Shown here: positions 25,598 to 40,567 of the stretch, in pieces
How positions within the stretch are numbered: position 1 is the stretch's first letter
How the letters are laid out: each line of letters starts with the position of its first letter
Origin: Antedon mediterranea
Lineage: Eukaryota; Animalia; Echinodermata
DNA length: 64,000 nt
Assembly: GCF_964355755.1 (NCBI RefSeq)
Contig: NC_092678.1
Location: forward strand, 12,150,352 to 12,214,351
Reading direction: 5' to 3'
Made by a program: the position numbers and the translations under genes
The notes under the pieces: generated by a model
Told to the model about the DNA's origin: nothing
Seen by the model: only the letters and a program-made list of their open reading frames with translations
The model's database searches: none

Positions 25598-28203
25598 ATG
25601 CCTACCTTGCAGAAAACATATGCAGGATTAAGCATCCTACTTTTATTTCTGTTTCTACAGAAAAACCTTTATAATGTTCATTCAGTGAGGAATACGATGT
25701 TCAATCACGAACCATCCTCGAAAGTAACGACGTTCGTTACTGGATCAAGGCGTTTCTCGAGCCGGTCGATGAGTTACTATTCTAACTATTCGTGCTGTGC
25801 ATCCTTTCAGCCGAAATTAACTCAATTCGGAGATGTAGAATTAAACCCGGGTCCGCCACAATCAACAACTCAAAATGTTAGTGGTAAAAATGGTGAACAT
25901 CATATTAATATGTATTACCAGAACGTTAGAAGTCTAAAAAACAAAATGGATATACTGCACTCAAGTATGCAGACACGTCACACATGTTAAACCACCTTCA
26001 TGATATCGTTTCCTTCCTTAAAAGATTTTGTCATTGATTCTGAAATCACGATTCCTGACTTTAGGCTCTACAGACGAGACAGGCAGGAGGACGGACGACG
26101 TGGAGGAGGTGTTCTTATGTACATCTCAAATCGATTGACCAGTCGTAGATTATTTCACCTGGAAGACGATGTCAACAAAATAACTTGGGTCGAAGTAATT
26201 ATATCTCGATCTTTGAAATTACTAGTTGCCACTTACTATCGCCCACCTAATCTCAAACGCGATTCTGTTGAACATCTCATCGAAACTTTGAAGTCATCCA
26301 TGCGGAGCTATCCAGTCCATAAACTCCTAATCGTAAGAGATTTTAATTTCTCGGACATACTCTGGCTCCCTGACGGCACATACCACGCACCAACAAACTG
26401 AACTATTTACGGACTTTGTTCTCGATAGACTTAACCTCAAACAATGCAACTTAAATAACACTTGTAACAATAACATTCTGGATTTAGTCTTGAGTAACAA
26501 CAACGATTTGGTATACGAGATAAAAACTGGTCAAAATGTGTTCGATTCTGACCATGAATCAATCTCTTTCATGCTCAAGTTTGACGATAACATTGCTTTT
26601 GTTAATAATTTTACTAGATACCAATTTAATTATAAAAAAGCAAACTTTGAAGAACTAAACTAAACTTTTAAAAGGGTCCCCTGGGAAGTCCTATTAGATT
26701 TTAGTAACGATGTAAACGATAAGCTACTATTAGATACCTTGTTCCAGTTGTGAAAGTTAAAAAGAAAAGACCACCCTGGTTTGATAGAGAATTAGTAACA
26801 GTTTTTAAGGACAAGCAGCATTTTCACAATATCTGGAAGAAATTTCCTTCCATTATTAGCAGGCAAAACTTCTGTGTTGCCCGACGAAATTAAAAAAAAG
26901 GAAAATTAAGTATAAGTCTTATTTAACTTCATTGTCATCTAATATTAAAACCAACCCCAAACCATTTTGGTCATGGTTAAACAACAAAAGAGTCTTAAAA
27001 TCCACTGTTTCTACCATTACCAATCATGCTAATAAGGCTGCGGAGACGCCGCAAGCCAAAGCTGGTTTGTTTAATAATTTTGTTGTTTCTAATTTCTCAG
27101 ACTCCAGGGACAATGAACCTGCGGAGTATCGATGTCTCCCAGAGGTAAACGCTGATGTCCCGAACAACATCATTATTCGGCAGGATGAAGTTGACAAGAT
27201 CTTGAGGTCGCTCGACGTGCGCAAGGCGGTGGGCAATGACCCTATTAGCAACGAAATCCTTAAGTTCTGTTCTACCTCCTTATTCTTTCCAATCACGCGC
27301 ATATTTCGTTTCTCTATCCAGACTGTTGTTTTCCCTGAAAGATGGAAAACCGCCAACGTTTTCCCCACACACAAAGCTAATTCAATACTTAAAGTTATTA
27401 GGCTAATTACAGACCCATCTCATTACTCCCCACTATATCAAAAGTTTTCGAACGCATTGTCCACAAGCAACTCTTGAACCACGTTTATCCCCATATCGCT
27501 ACTGAACAACATGGCTTCATGTCCGGTAGATCGTATGAGACCAATTTGACCATGCTAATGTCTACTTTATATGAAGCCATAGAGCATGCGATATTATTTA
27601 CACAGATTTCACTAACGCTTTCGATAGAATACCCCACAATCTTCTTCTTCTCAAACTCAAGCAATTTGGAATCTGTGGTAATCTTCATGCTTGGTTCAAG
27701 AGTTACTTGTATAGGAGACTCCAGAGAGTCCAAATTCATGCCACAAGAATCGATCGGATTCATACTAAATTCATAAAGTTCCTCGGCCCAGCAGCCGGTT
27801 CTCTCAACACCAGTAAATTCTTGCCAAGTACTAGACGCACACGAACCGACATGATTTTTCTTTTTAAATGCCTAAATTCAAAGTTTGAATGTAGATTTGT
27901 CTCTCAATTTAATTTTCGTGTCCTTGTGCGTAAACTTCGTATTAATAATATTTTAAAAGTGCAGTTTTCTCGTGTTAATGTATGTAAAACGGGTTGCTCA
28001 TTCTTATAATAGTTCAAATGTTTCCTTACATCGATATTTTTAGTTGTAATACTTCTGCTTTTGATGTCATTTTTGATAATATATAAATTTGTTTGTTCCT
28101 TGTTCTTTTTTTATGTAAATCAAATGTATATTTTATGGCGATCCTGTTTTGGTGTTTTTTTCTTTACACTGTTGGATCTTGAATGAATAAATAAATAAAT
28201 AAA
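25598..28203 (+). mobile_element. degenerate CR1/L2-clade LINE (2A-like motif, APE, partial RT, (TAAA)n tail)
   Basis: GDVELNPGP, YYQNVRSL, RRDR..RGGGVL, YYRPP, KAVGNDPIS, WKTANVFP and QHGFMSGRS motifs across frameshifts; TAAA repeats at ~28186-28203. Confidence 0.9.
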
Positions 28204-28559
28204 GTCTTACATACGGTAATACACCTGAATATTTATATTTGCAAATTACCCTTTTCGTTCGGCTTATGACTGTGACAATGTTTTGTTTTTAATATCTAGA
28301 AATAATATTGTTGCACTAAAATGTAGAAGGTGCTATGCTATAATGATATTCAAAATATACTTTTATACTATTATTAATCTAATAATTAAAATTAAGATAC
28401 TCCTTGATTTTACAACCTAAAAATAGACCTATATATTTATAGAATTTCAGATTGTAAAACTAATTTACTCTAATAATTTTGAGAAAACATATAATTAAAT
28501 ATTGAATAAAGTATGATGACAACAATGTAGTGTGCAGACTTCTTTAAGAACAAAATCTA

Positions 28560-30246
28560 GACTACTCGTGATGGACTGTACGGTGATAGCAGCAACATCC
28601 ATGATGTCTCTTTTCATTATGATCTTCTCTCTCCAGTTGATTCTGCGGCAGACATCATCACGTTATCAGAACTAGAACCGGCCGATGAAGATGAAATCAA
28701 GTCTATTCTTAGCAGATCATCCTGTAAATCTTCAGTTGACCTAGATCCAATTCCAACATCGCTTTTGAAGAAATGTCTTGATGTCGTGTAACCATCCCAT
28801 CTATAACTTTGATTGTTAACAGAGTATTGCGGAGGGATTTTTCCATGACGCTCTAAAGATATCGAACATTCGACCTTTAATCAAGAAACCTAACGTGGAT
28901 ACCGATGAGTTGAAAAATTATAGGCCTGTGTCCAACTTGAAGTTTCTCGGAAAGACCATTGAACGCTTTGTCTCAATACGTCTTGCTCAACATACACAGT
29001 TTGCTTGACCCATTTTAATCGACGTACCGACCACATCATAGTGTTGAAACTGCACTACTGCGTGTCTCCAATGATGTCCTACAAGAAATGGACAAGGGAA
29101 ACCTCATCGCACTTATTTTACTCGATCTCAGCGCAGTTTTTGACACAGTTGACCACACTGTTCTGTTGGCGCGACTCAAACATTACATAGGGCTGGATGG
29201 CAAGGTTCTTGATTGCTGTTCCTCATACCTCTCTGGTCGTCCACAAAGAGTGTGTGTAGGAAATTCGGAGTCCGATTCTTTTGTACTGGACTATTCTGTT
29301 CCACAAGGGTCAATTTCAACTGGGGATGTAGAGGTTAAGTTTGAGACTCTTAAAAATTGTGTTGTCGAGCTGAAACCTGGATGTCTCATAACTTCCTTAA
29401 ACTGAATGATGACAAGACGGAATTCATTATTTTTGCATCTCCTCATCAAAAGAATAAATGCAAAGATCTCAGCTTCAGCATCGGAGAGTGTGAAATTGAT
29501 CAAGCTCCATATGTCAAGAATTTAGGCATCTTGATTGACTCATCAATGACCATGAGTACAAAAATTTCCAGAATAACCAGTAGATCAACCTATCATCTTC
29601 GAAATATTAGAAGGATAAGGAGGTATATTTCAAGGGAGGCAACTCGAATCATAACTGAAACAAGGAAATTTGATCACATCACTCCGATTTTGAAAGATCT
29701 CCACTGGCTGCCGGTCTCATATAGAATAATTTTCAAGATTTTACTTATAACGTTCAAGACATTAAATGGTGAAGGTCCGCAGTACCTCCGTGATTTGCTG
29801 GTCAGGCATGCGCCAGCTCAGAATCTTAGGTCTAGTAGTCTGCAACAACTTATTGTTCCTAGGTCTAGGCATTCATGGGGTGACAGGTCAGTTGCTGCAA
29901 CTTGTCTCTGGAACGCATTACCATCACATATTAGATCTAGCAAGTCTACTGATGTGTTCAAGAGTGCACTTAAGACACATCTGCTGTCGAAATTTGTAAG
30001 GCTATTGTTTAGTTAGATACCCACATTACTGAGAACACCTGTGAGTAATGAACTGGCAGGTCTGTGCACCTTAAATTGCCGGTAAACGAAAGCAGTGAGA
30101 TGGGTTCGATTGGTCTTTTTTTTCCGTTTTGCAAATATTTTTGTTGTTTTTAGTTTCATGGTTGCATTTCTCATGGTTTTCACAAGCGCCTTGAGCACTT
30201 TGTGGATATGTGCGCTCTATAAATCTTATTATTATTATTATTATTA
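28560..30246 (+). mobile_element. degenerate L2-type LINE RT 3' fragment with (TTA)n tail
   Basis: NYRPVSNL, LLDLSAVFDTVDH, VPQGS, LKLNDDKTEF, HITPILKDLHWLPV motifs; TTA repeats at ~30226-30246. Confidence 0.9.
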
Positions 30247-30417
30247 AGTACATTAATCAGAATTAATCAGTTTACGGAAGGCTTACTCTTACCTCTTAAG
30301 ATTCAATTTAAATTAGATAGACTTTTTAAAATACAGATTAAAAAAAGAAATTACAAAGTTTCAGGCTATTAACATTTACTTCAGAAAGTATGAGAAAGTT
30401 TATAGGTTTTGTTGAGC

Positions 30418-31660
<1,243 letters not shown>

Positions 31661-32230
31661 ACATTAGAAATATGTAGGTGACTGCTTATTAATAAATCAT
31701 TCCATATGTTTATTATGTATCATATTAGGTTAGGTTAAATGCGTTATGTTGGATATGATACTAGGAGATACATTAATAGCCGTTTTATTTTTAACAAAAT
31801 AAAAGGCTAACATTATTCTACAATGAACGTAAAATTATCATTACTTTTAATCATTCAAAGAAGACAGTATTATTCTTTTGATTGATTGCTTTATTTAGAA
31901 TAACAAATTACATATCCAATAACAATGAAAGAAAACGAAAATCACATTAAAATAACATTTTCTCGCATTTAATGATGAGATTTTAATTTAATCAGCTACT
32001 ATTATTGATGAAATTCATTTTCCTGTTAAATTAGATAACAAAAGATGGCGGCAACAGTGTTGTAGTGCAGTACATTAATTAGAATAGTAAAACATAAGCC
32101 CTGACACACACCGAGACTAGAAATATATATTACAATTAGATAGATTTTTAATTAAAAAAAGTTTCAGGCCATTATTTATTTTTTTTCAAAATAAATAAGA
32201 AGTTCTTTGTTTGTTTAAGGTGAAATGAAC

Positions 32231-32878
32231 TTAACGATTAATATCCCCAGCACTTACGAACATCAGATCTAGAAAATAAAAGGTAATAGTTATAATGATG
32301 ATAATGATGATCATCATCATCTTCATGATCATCATCATCATCACCATCATCATTATATTAAACATAGGAGATTATAGTATTAATTGTGCTGGTTTGATAA
32401 TGATAATAAAGAATGGTAGTCAAGATGCTGGTGTACAGTAGGTTTTTAATCCAATTGAGCTCTCAAAAATATCGGTGAACAAACCGTACTCTGTGCTTGT
32501 ATGCATCTACGAGTCTTGGCACCAGGAGTGACTCTACACCTTGATTTAGATTTATGGACATTTCCTATTAAACAAAATGAAACTAGTGAAGCAAATTAGG
32601 ATGTATGCATATGCAAAAGAGATCAAATTGATACGCCCTTGATCGTCTTGTTAGTAATCCAAAATAGATACTACAAAATAACTGAGAGATTAATAAGAAT
32701 TAAATTTAAAAAGTAAGTAAGTATTGTTTTTGTTTTATAAAATTGAAGTTTCATATGATATATTTATATATTGACATGTAGGCTTCACTGTATACTAACC
32801 GTCTTTTTGTGCAGCCCCTTCAAATATTACGTTTATTATTACAAGTAAAAATATTAAAGTAATCAGAGCTCGAGCCAT
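32231..32878 (-). CDS. small secreted cationic 2-Cys peptide, family copy C (63 aa)
   Basis: exons 32878-32800 MARALITLIFLLVIINVIFEGAAQKD, 32564-32490 GNVHKSKSRCRVTPGAKTRRCIQAQ, 32268-32231 NLMFVSAGDINR*; canonical splice sites; probable non-coding exon 1 donor at 33171. Confidence 0.75.
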
Positions 32879-33971
32879 CTTCTGTAAGTGAAATCATGTA
32901 AAAATGATTATTAAAAAACGTGAACATAAGTTTAAAGTGTATCGTGTAACATGTACGGCTCGCCGTTTGGGTCATGTCATAGTCGTGGTGCTGCATCGCA
33001 GATATCGTCATCTTGGTTTCTCCTCATTATCAATGTCTGCTATTTTTAAAATAGTCTTCTTTTCATAAGTAAAGTAAAGGAAACTTAAGTAAGTGAAGTA
33101 AGCATAAATAAAAAGATATATTTCACTGACATTTTCGGAACAACAAAAATAAAATGAATCAAAATCTTACCTGACGAATGTTATCAGTTGTCGAAACAAT
33201 CCAATCTAAAATATTATATTACAGTGATTGTACAGTTTCTATTATAATAACCATATGTTTTATTATATCGGTACATTTTAATTACCTTGGCATTATGCCA
33301 AATAAAAAACCCCAACAAACAATAAAAGGACAAACGTAATTACGTAATGAAAAAAAACAAAACCAAAAAATCAAAACAGTGTATTGCAGGTGTAAATGTT
33401 TGCTAAAAACGATGGATAGGCCTACTGCTTATTAATAAAACATTGTTTGCGTTAATTTATTATTGCATTACAATTTAATTTATTTGTTTAAAATTGGGAG
33501 TTTGATTGACATCGTTTGAACTGAATGAGGATATTATTTAAAAAAAATAAAGCTGACACATGAAGATGGTTTCGTGCATTATGTACTCTGTCACATGTTT
33601 TCCTGGCGGAGATTGGTACTTTCCGTCTCCTAATTTCCTATTATTTTCGTCGTCTTGGCTGGTATGATAGTTTCCGATATTTCCCCGTCATCACCATATC
33701 CAATATCATTGTTCAAGAAAGTATACTTTTACGATATGATCGTAACACCGTATTAATATTGTTTCAATCAAAGTAGCCAACGCATTGCCAGCATTTACTT
33801 AAAAATGCATTGCCTACCTATGGTAAGACTGATGGTACTGTTATACCATAAATGGATGCGGAAACTTACATGCCCTAAGAGTAAAAGTGAGCCGTATTGT
33901 CGACTTTGCAATGGTATGCATTTGATCAACATAATGATAAATATTCAAAAGTAGCTAGCTTCGACCGAAGT

Positions 33972-34947
33972 AAAGTAGTTTGGATAGTTCAGTGAAGCAT
34001 GCGGTGTTTTAAAGTAGTTTGGATAGTTCAGTGAAGCATGCGGTGTTGTCAAGTAGTTTGGATAGTTCAGTGAAGCATGCGGTGTTGTCAAGTAGTTTGG
34101 ATAGTTCAGTGAAGCATGCGGTGTTGTAAAGTAGTTTGGATAGTTCAGTGAAGCATGCGGTGTTGTCAAGTAGTTTGGATAGTTCAGTGAAGCATGCGGT
34201 GTTGTCAAGTAGTTTGGATAGTTCAGTGAAGCATGCGGTGTTGTCAAGTAGTTTGGATAGTTCAGTGAAGCATTCGGTGTTGTCAAGTAGTTTGGATAGT
34301 TCAGTGAAGCATTCGGTGTTGTCAAGTAGTTTGGATAGTTCAGTGAAGCATGCGGTGTTGTCAAGTAGTTTGGATAGTTCAGTGAAGCATGCGGTGTTGT
34401 CAAGTAGTTTGGATAGTTCAGTGAAGCATGCGGTGTTTTCAAGTAGTTTGGATAGTTCAGTGAAGCATGCGGTGTTGTCAAGTAGTTTGGATAGTTCAGT
34501 GAAGCATGCGGTGTTGTCAAGTAGTTTGGATAGTTCAGTGAAGCATGCGGTGTTGTCAAGTAGTTTGGATAGTTCAGTGAAGCATGCGGTGTTGTCAAGT
34601 AGTTTGGATAGTTCAGTGAAGCGTGCGGTGTTGTCAAGTAGTTTGGATAGTTCAGTGAAGCATGCGGTGTTGTCAAGTAGTTTGGATAGTTCAGTGAAGC
34701 GTGCGGTGTTTTCAAGTAGTTTGGATAGTTCAGTGAAGCATGCGGTGTTGTCAAGTAGTTTGGATAGTTCAGTGAAGCATGCGGTGTTGTCAAGTAGTTT
34801 GGATAGTTCAGTGAAGTATGCGGTGTTGTCAAGTAGTTTGGAGAGTTCAGTGAAGCATGCGGTGTTGTCAAGTAGTTTGGATAGTTCAGTGAAGCATGCG
34901 GTGTTGTCAAGTAGTTTGGCTAGTTCAGTGAAGCATGCGGTGTTGTC
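33972..34947. repeat. 39-bp minisatellite (~25 copies)
   Basis: unit AAGTAGTTTGGATAGTTCAGTGAAGCATGCGGTGTTGTC. Confidence 0.97.
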
Positions 34948-36447
34948 ATTTAATAATAAACTTGTTTTGTTATTGCTGTCTGTATTATACACCTCCATCT
35001 AATTGAGATATTATTCTAATAAAACATTATTTAAAATAACTTATATTCAAAACATTACGCATAATAACCGTTTATTATAATTGTTTTAATTGCATTTATT
35101 ATCTTGTTTGATTACAAACTAAAATGTATGTTAGAAACTAAATACACGTCACATTATTGTTATCATCCACATTAAATAATTATTTCACACATCAATATTA
35201 TCTTGCATATTCCAGCACAATTATATCGTGCAGTTTGATGTACTTGACTTGTATGGGTTACTTTACGGAAAACACAATAGAGAAAAGTATACATAAATAT
35301 ATTCATTTGCAATACATAATAATAGAGGCCAAATGCATGACACCATTTTGATTAATTTGTTAGAAAGGTGGTTTTATTGTTTAAAACGAGTCGAAATTCA
35401 GTATATCACAAGTTAAAACAACCAGAAAGAAATGGATGGACCATTAGTAAAATATTGAAAATATAAAAGTAACCACTGACAGTAAGAAACTAACAGGTAC
35501 CAATGTACTCTTTTATTAACGTATTTTCATTATCGTTGTTTAGAACAAGGTTTTCCGCTGTTGCGGCGGCCAAAGCGTATAAGCAAGATTTTTTTCTTCT
35601 TTTTTTCCATCATCATAATAAAATTATTGTCATTGTAATTTTTAGTCGCGTAGTCGGTCAGTCGCCCGGTCGGCCAATCGGTAAACACTAACTCAAATTT
35701 GATGTAATTTGTTTTGGAAAATGTGCATATTTTATTACTTTTGACAACAATAAGTATATACAGTAGTTAAAATCTGCAATACCAAAATCGGTTTAGTAGA
35801 AGATATGTTTTAGGTCAAATAGGTCTAAAATTGGTAATAATCAATATGTAACGGTATTTTATTTATTATTAGACCTATTATATAAATTAATTATTATTTT
35901 TATTAATTACTAGGCATACTATATTAATTATTTATTGTTAATTTATTTTAGTGGGGTCTGTGTTTTCGAGAAATTTTGACGTGGTCACTTTTTAAGATTT
36001 CTAAATTTATAATATTAATAAATACAAAAATCAAACTACCAAATATTCATTTTTTGTAAAAAAAATAATCAAATTATGCACATTTTCAGAAAAGAAAAAT
36101 CATAAAAACATCTGCCAAAAGTGTAGGTGAAAATGTATTGTATCAATGTATTGTGATAAATACTACATTTAATGAAACATTATTCAGTTAGTTACTTATT
36201 TTTTATTTGTTTTCTTTTATAAATACCGTATACTGTAATTGATTTTATAATTACACTAGTTATATTTTAATATCCGTTGGACAGTTTGAATGATTCGCGT
36301 AATGCGTCACGCATCTGACGTACTAGGTAAACTTAAGTGTACTTATTTTGTTTGAATTTCAATTGGTACCATATTAATAGTTCAATGTTTTTATATAATT
36401 GCTGTACATGACATGACATGACATGACATTATGCAAAATGATTTAAC

Positions 36448-37428
36448 TTAGCGATACGCATCTCCAGCGCTTGGGAACATCAAACCTAGAAAAAAAGTTG
36501 TCGCTGTTATTCTTTCAATTCCTCATGTCCAGAACATAGTACACATAAAGTATAGTAAATAAAATAGTAAACATATGACATAAAGTAACTCTTTTTAGCT
36601 TATTGTGTTTTCCTAGCTCTGTGGTGATTTGGAAAACTTTACAGATTCGAAACAACCAAAAAAAAAATTAATAAATTAAAAAAAAAAACATTTCACAATA
36701 AAATACAATTGAATGTTAAAGCAATTTCATCTGGTTTCAATAGTAATCAGTTCATTAATTATAAACCAGTAAAATGAAAATAAAAGGTTTTAGTTTAAAT
36801 AATAGTAACGTAATAACTTATAACAAACCATTTAAAAGGTCAGGCTTTTAGGTAGGCCTATATCTGAAGCTGAAGCCTTGGCCATCTTGATAACAAGTTA
36901 ATGTAGGGGTAATACAAGGGTTCGGTTTACATGGGTCGTCGGTATTTTCTATAACAGAATAATGAAAATGATAAAGTAGAAAAACCATTGTCTGACAATT
37001 TAATCAATAAGAAATGACTTTAAATTAAATTAAATAAATTAACTTATTATAATAGCCTAAAGATTAATTGTCTAAAAGTGAATGAGTTGGCACCATGATA
37101 GCATTAAGGTGTTATTTTATCATTTCCTCATATACAGTATTACAAAACATTTTTTCCGGCGATCTTACATTAGGAAAAAGTAAAGGTAATATGATAATTG
37201 AAGACTCAAAATCTAATAACATTATAATAAAAATTTATAAGAAGGTTCACTAACCACCATTTTATTTTATTTCTTTATTCTGATATAAAATCAATAGGAT
37301 AAAAACACAAAAAAGTACTGATACGGCAAACTTATTTCCATTGTGCGGTCCTAATTTCCATCTTGTGGAGGATTTCCAAATACGGCGGTTACAATCAGAA
37401 ATGTTAAAACAATCACAACTCGAGTCAT
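36448..37428 (-). pseudogene. family copy D, disrupted
   Basis: signal exon MTRVVIVLTFLIVTAVFGNPPQDG is split by a 97-bp insert that adds TAG; Cys exon from 36948 ENTDDPCKPNPCITPTLTCYQDGQGFSF lacks the 4th Cys and a GT donor; tail exon 36485-36448 xLMFPSAGDAYR*. Confidence 0.7.
37261..37357 (-). mobile_element. 5'-truncated retroposon 3' end inserted in the copy D signal exon
   Basis: ATGG duplicated on both sides; insert ends in the A-rich tail AATAAAGAAATAAAATAAA. Confidence 0.7.
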
Positions 37429-37482
37429 CTGACAGAAGTGGAAAGCCATTATTTTATTTTGATACAAAATGACACGCAATTA

Positions 37483-37670
37483 AGGCCAGTTAACACAGAC
37501 GAGCGGAAAGCAAAAATATTTATATTTATGTTATTTCTTATGACCATTTACACTAAACGCGAGCGGTCGAGCGGAAACCGGCCCAGAGGATAGTTACAAA
37601 TTCTACACATGCGACAAACGAAGCTACGCGTTTTCCGCTTATCGTTACCGTTTGTCTGTGTAAATTGGTT
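37483..37670. mobile_element. MITE, same family as 40157-40293
   Basis: AGGCCAGTTAACACAGAC ... GTCTGTGTAAATTGGTTT imperfect TIRs. Confidence 0.55.
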
Positions 37671-38919
37671 TATATCAATTTACCACTCTTCTATGTGTCG
37701 AATTATAAATAGGCCAATGTTTTTGCTCAGAAAAATATCTTTCAAAATTATCTTCTTCATTTTATTTTTATGACGTCAACATTCCCACAAAAATATTTAT
37801 GTGTCCAGTAATTTCACTTATGACACACACACTGTAGGCTGTATATACTGTATAAAACATACGTTGTTTTCGCTCATATTTTAACACACGTGCATGTTGC
37901 ATCGGCGCAGATTTTATCTTAATTATGTCGGGAAAATGATCTGTTATTCCAAAAGATCACTTTATTCGTCAATGTGACGAATTAAAAACTAGTTATATCT
38001 GCATCGTGATGTCTCTCGCCGTCAATATAGTTAACTATCTTTATCATTTCATCTCATAACATCACCATATATAAGCTCATATTCCTCGTCATCCATTGCA
38101 TTTTTTGCCTTCATTACCATAATGGTATTATGGATATCAATGTAAGTGTTGAATAAAAGTTGTTCAATAATTACAATATTTTGTTAGATTAGTGTTTTCA
38201 AAATGAAAAATAAAACATTTAAGGCCTAATATCAAAAAAACAATAATGTAAAAGAACTGATCTGTTGGTATAGACATACATGGACTGTATAATAATATTA
38301 TTATGATATACCGTATGCTTTTAATATCAATTAAAAATGTATATTATTGAAAACGAAATAGATAAAAAGAAAAATTAAATCGTAAAAATATATGCCAAAG
38401 ACAATAAATCGGTTCGGGTGATTTTTTGTTGTCTCAATGGGTAAATGACCAGTGCACATTGATCATTTAACCCGGGAAGCGACAAGCGTCAAATAGAACT
38501 TCATTCTTATGATGCGATGAATCATTTCATCGGGATTTAGTTAACATGATATATGTATTATCATAATTTTAGCTCGATAAAGAGGAACCGTTTACACGGA
38601 AATCACATCATGATCTTTATGCTAATGAGGTGTTTTGTTGCATAACAGATGGACAAGGATTCGCGCATAGTAAAACAAATGCTGATTGGTTAATTTATAG
38701 ATGAAGTATCGCGTTAAACTATAGGTTTCTCCAGCACATTAACTTTCTATTTACTTGAATGTTGGCTCCACTGATCACGTTAGAGAGATTATAAGCTATA
38801 CAGAATTTGAGCGGTACAAAATGGTAGGCAAAAATGTTTTTTTTTTTCAGTTTTAAATGAATGTATGCTTATTATTGTATATGAATGTATATTCAAGGTA
38901 ACGTAATACAATAGTCTGC

Positions 38920-39027
38920 CTATATCGCCAGCCAGACGCCGGCAAAAGCTCTGACCATCAATTTTGTGAGAACAAAATGTAGGACCGGCACATGGCTTTG
39001 GATCACATGGATTAATGACTAATGTTT
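38920..39027 (-). other. orphan 4-Cys exon of the peptide family
   Basis: acceptor TTGTTATAG matches copies B and D; encodes ETLVINPCDPKPCAGPTFCSHKIDGQSFCRRLAGDI; 108 nt to a GC (not GT) donor; has no signal exon of its own. Confidence 0.6.
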
Positions 39028-39527
39028 CTATAACAAAATTATAAAAAAAGCAACATCTACCTAAGTTGAGATGTTGGTATGTTAATATGTTAATTTCAAT
39101 ATTAACATTTATTTTTATTATTGTTTCAATATAACAGTTTAAACGGATTAGAACATGAATTGCAGAAATGTATGATGATATATTTTTAATGTTAATAATT
39201 TTAATATTACGCATAGACAATTTGTTTTGTGGTGTTGCATTTAATCTCTTGATGCGGTGATACAATATTCATGTAATGATATCAGTAAAGTTTTCAAGTA
39301 CGGTGGTTCTACGAAAAATACTTAAAAGAAATTAATTATTCCCGATTATAACATACTGTAATTATTGTCGAAATATTGCCGAATACAACACAATGTCACG
39401 TGCATTTTACTTGGTGTAAATCTAGGTCTAAATATTTTACTTTTTTTAGTGAACATAATTAAAGAACATTCTTATTGATCGTGTGAAAGTGCAGGTTGAT
39501 GTAGTTGACCTGGAGGGGCTACGGTAC

Positions 39528-40567
39528 TTAACGATTAGTATCTCCCGCACTTGGGAACATCTAACCTACAAATAAAAACACAATTCGTTAACAAAACCTC
39601 ACATGATTTCAACAGAACATAATTGAGGAATCACAAGATATGGTACAATGGTAACATCAGTATTTGAAATACTATCTAACGCCCTACAACTGTCTCTGAC
39701 TTTATTTAATAGCAGTTGTCAAATTCCTAAAGAAAATCATGTATTTTTTCGTTGTGATTTCTGTTTTATTATGTTTAATCATTATTATTATGCCAAAAAT
39801 GTATGGTTTTGCCATAGATAATAAATGTACAATGAAATGAAACAATTAACACAAAAAAAAAAACATACCATATACGCACATGTAGCCCTGGCCATTCACA
39901 ATACAGCGTTTACCTTCATCACATGGATTGATGGATCAATAAAATAAGGCAAATATGTTAATTACAGGTAAAAAAGTATAAGCAATGAACGTTTTCATTT
40001 ATTATTGATTGTTTTCATTCATTATAAATAAACAATTCATTGTGGTACAATAACAAAACTGATGATCTGTGAAATAAACGAAGAATACATTTTACATTAT
40101 TAGAAAATAATTATTAAATAATTTACAAAATGGTGAAGACACATGGAAACCTGTAAAGGCCAATTTACCCAGCAGACGAGCCGTAACGGTAAGGCAACAA
40201 CTTGATCGTAACACTCATACACTCTGTATCTATTCTCCGCAGTGTGTGTAAATGGTAGATTTCAAGTTACCGCTTGGCTGTGTAAATTGGCCTTAAATTG
40301 AGGAACGGACGAAATATTCTGCTTGATCATACAGAAGTCTTCCCATTTGTCTTCCACCACTGGGCTTTTAAGGTAGGTAGTGAATCATTCAAACCTCGGC
40401 GTCTTGCGGTGTAAGAACACTTTTGTACACTATCAAACTTTATGTGACACAAAAATGATGTAGAAATTGTATTTTAACCACTAACCGCCTTCTTTTGCAT
40501 CAACTTCAAACATTATGTTTGTTACAAGCAGGAGTACGAAAGCAATGCAGACTACTCGAGCAGCCAT
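39528..40567 (-). pseudogene. family copy E: intact signal exon, damaged Cys and tail exons
   Basis: 40567-40486 MAARVVCIAFVLLLVTNIMFEVDAKEG|GTTAGT; Cys exon ~39936-39869 NPCDEGKRCIVNGQGYMCVY lacks an AG acceptor and is frameshifted; tail 39565-39528 G*MFPSAGDTNR* has an early TAG. Confidence 0.6.
40157..40293. mobile_element. PIF/Harbinger-like MITE
   Basis: TIR AGGCCAATTTAC / GTAAATTGGCCT with TAA flanks. Confidence 0.65.

Noticed and set aside
25598-30016. Active retrotransposon or host genes
   Set aside because: Both LINE copies have many stops, frameshifts and large RT deletions
33945-35002. 288-329-aa ORFs in three frames (e.g. DNTACFTELSKLL repeats)
   Set aside because: 39-bp minisatellite open in several frames on both strands; no codon-position bias in the variants and no exon context
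32231-36485. SALMFamide neuropeptide similarity (LMF in the tails of C and D)
   Set aside because: LMF is not followed by a Gly-basic amidation site, and the precursor organisation differs
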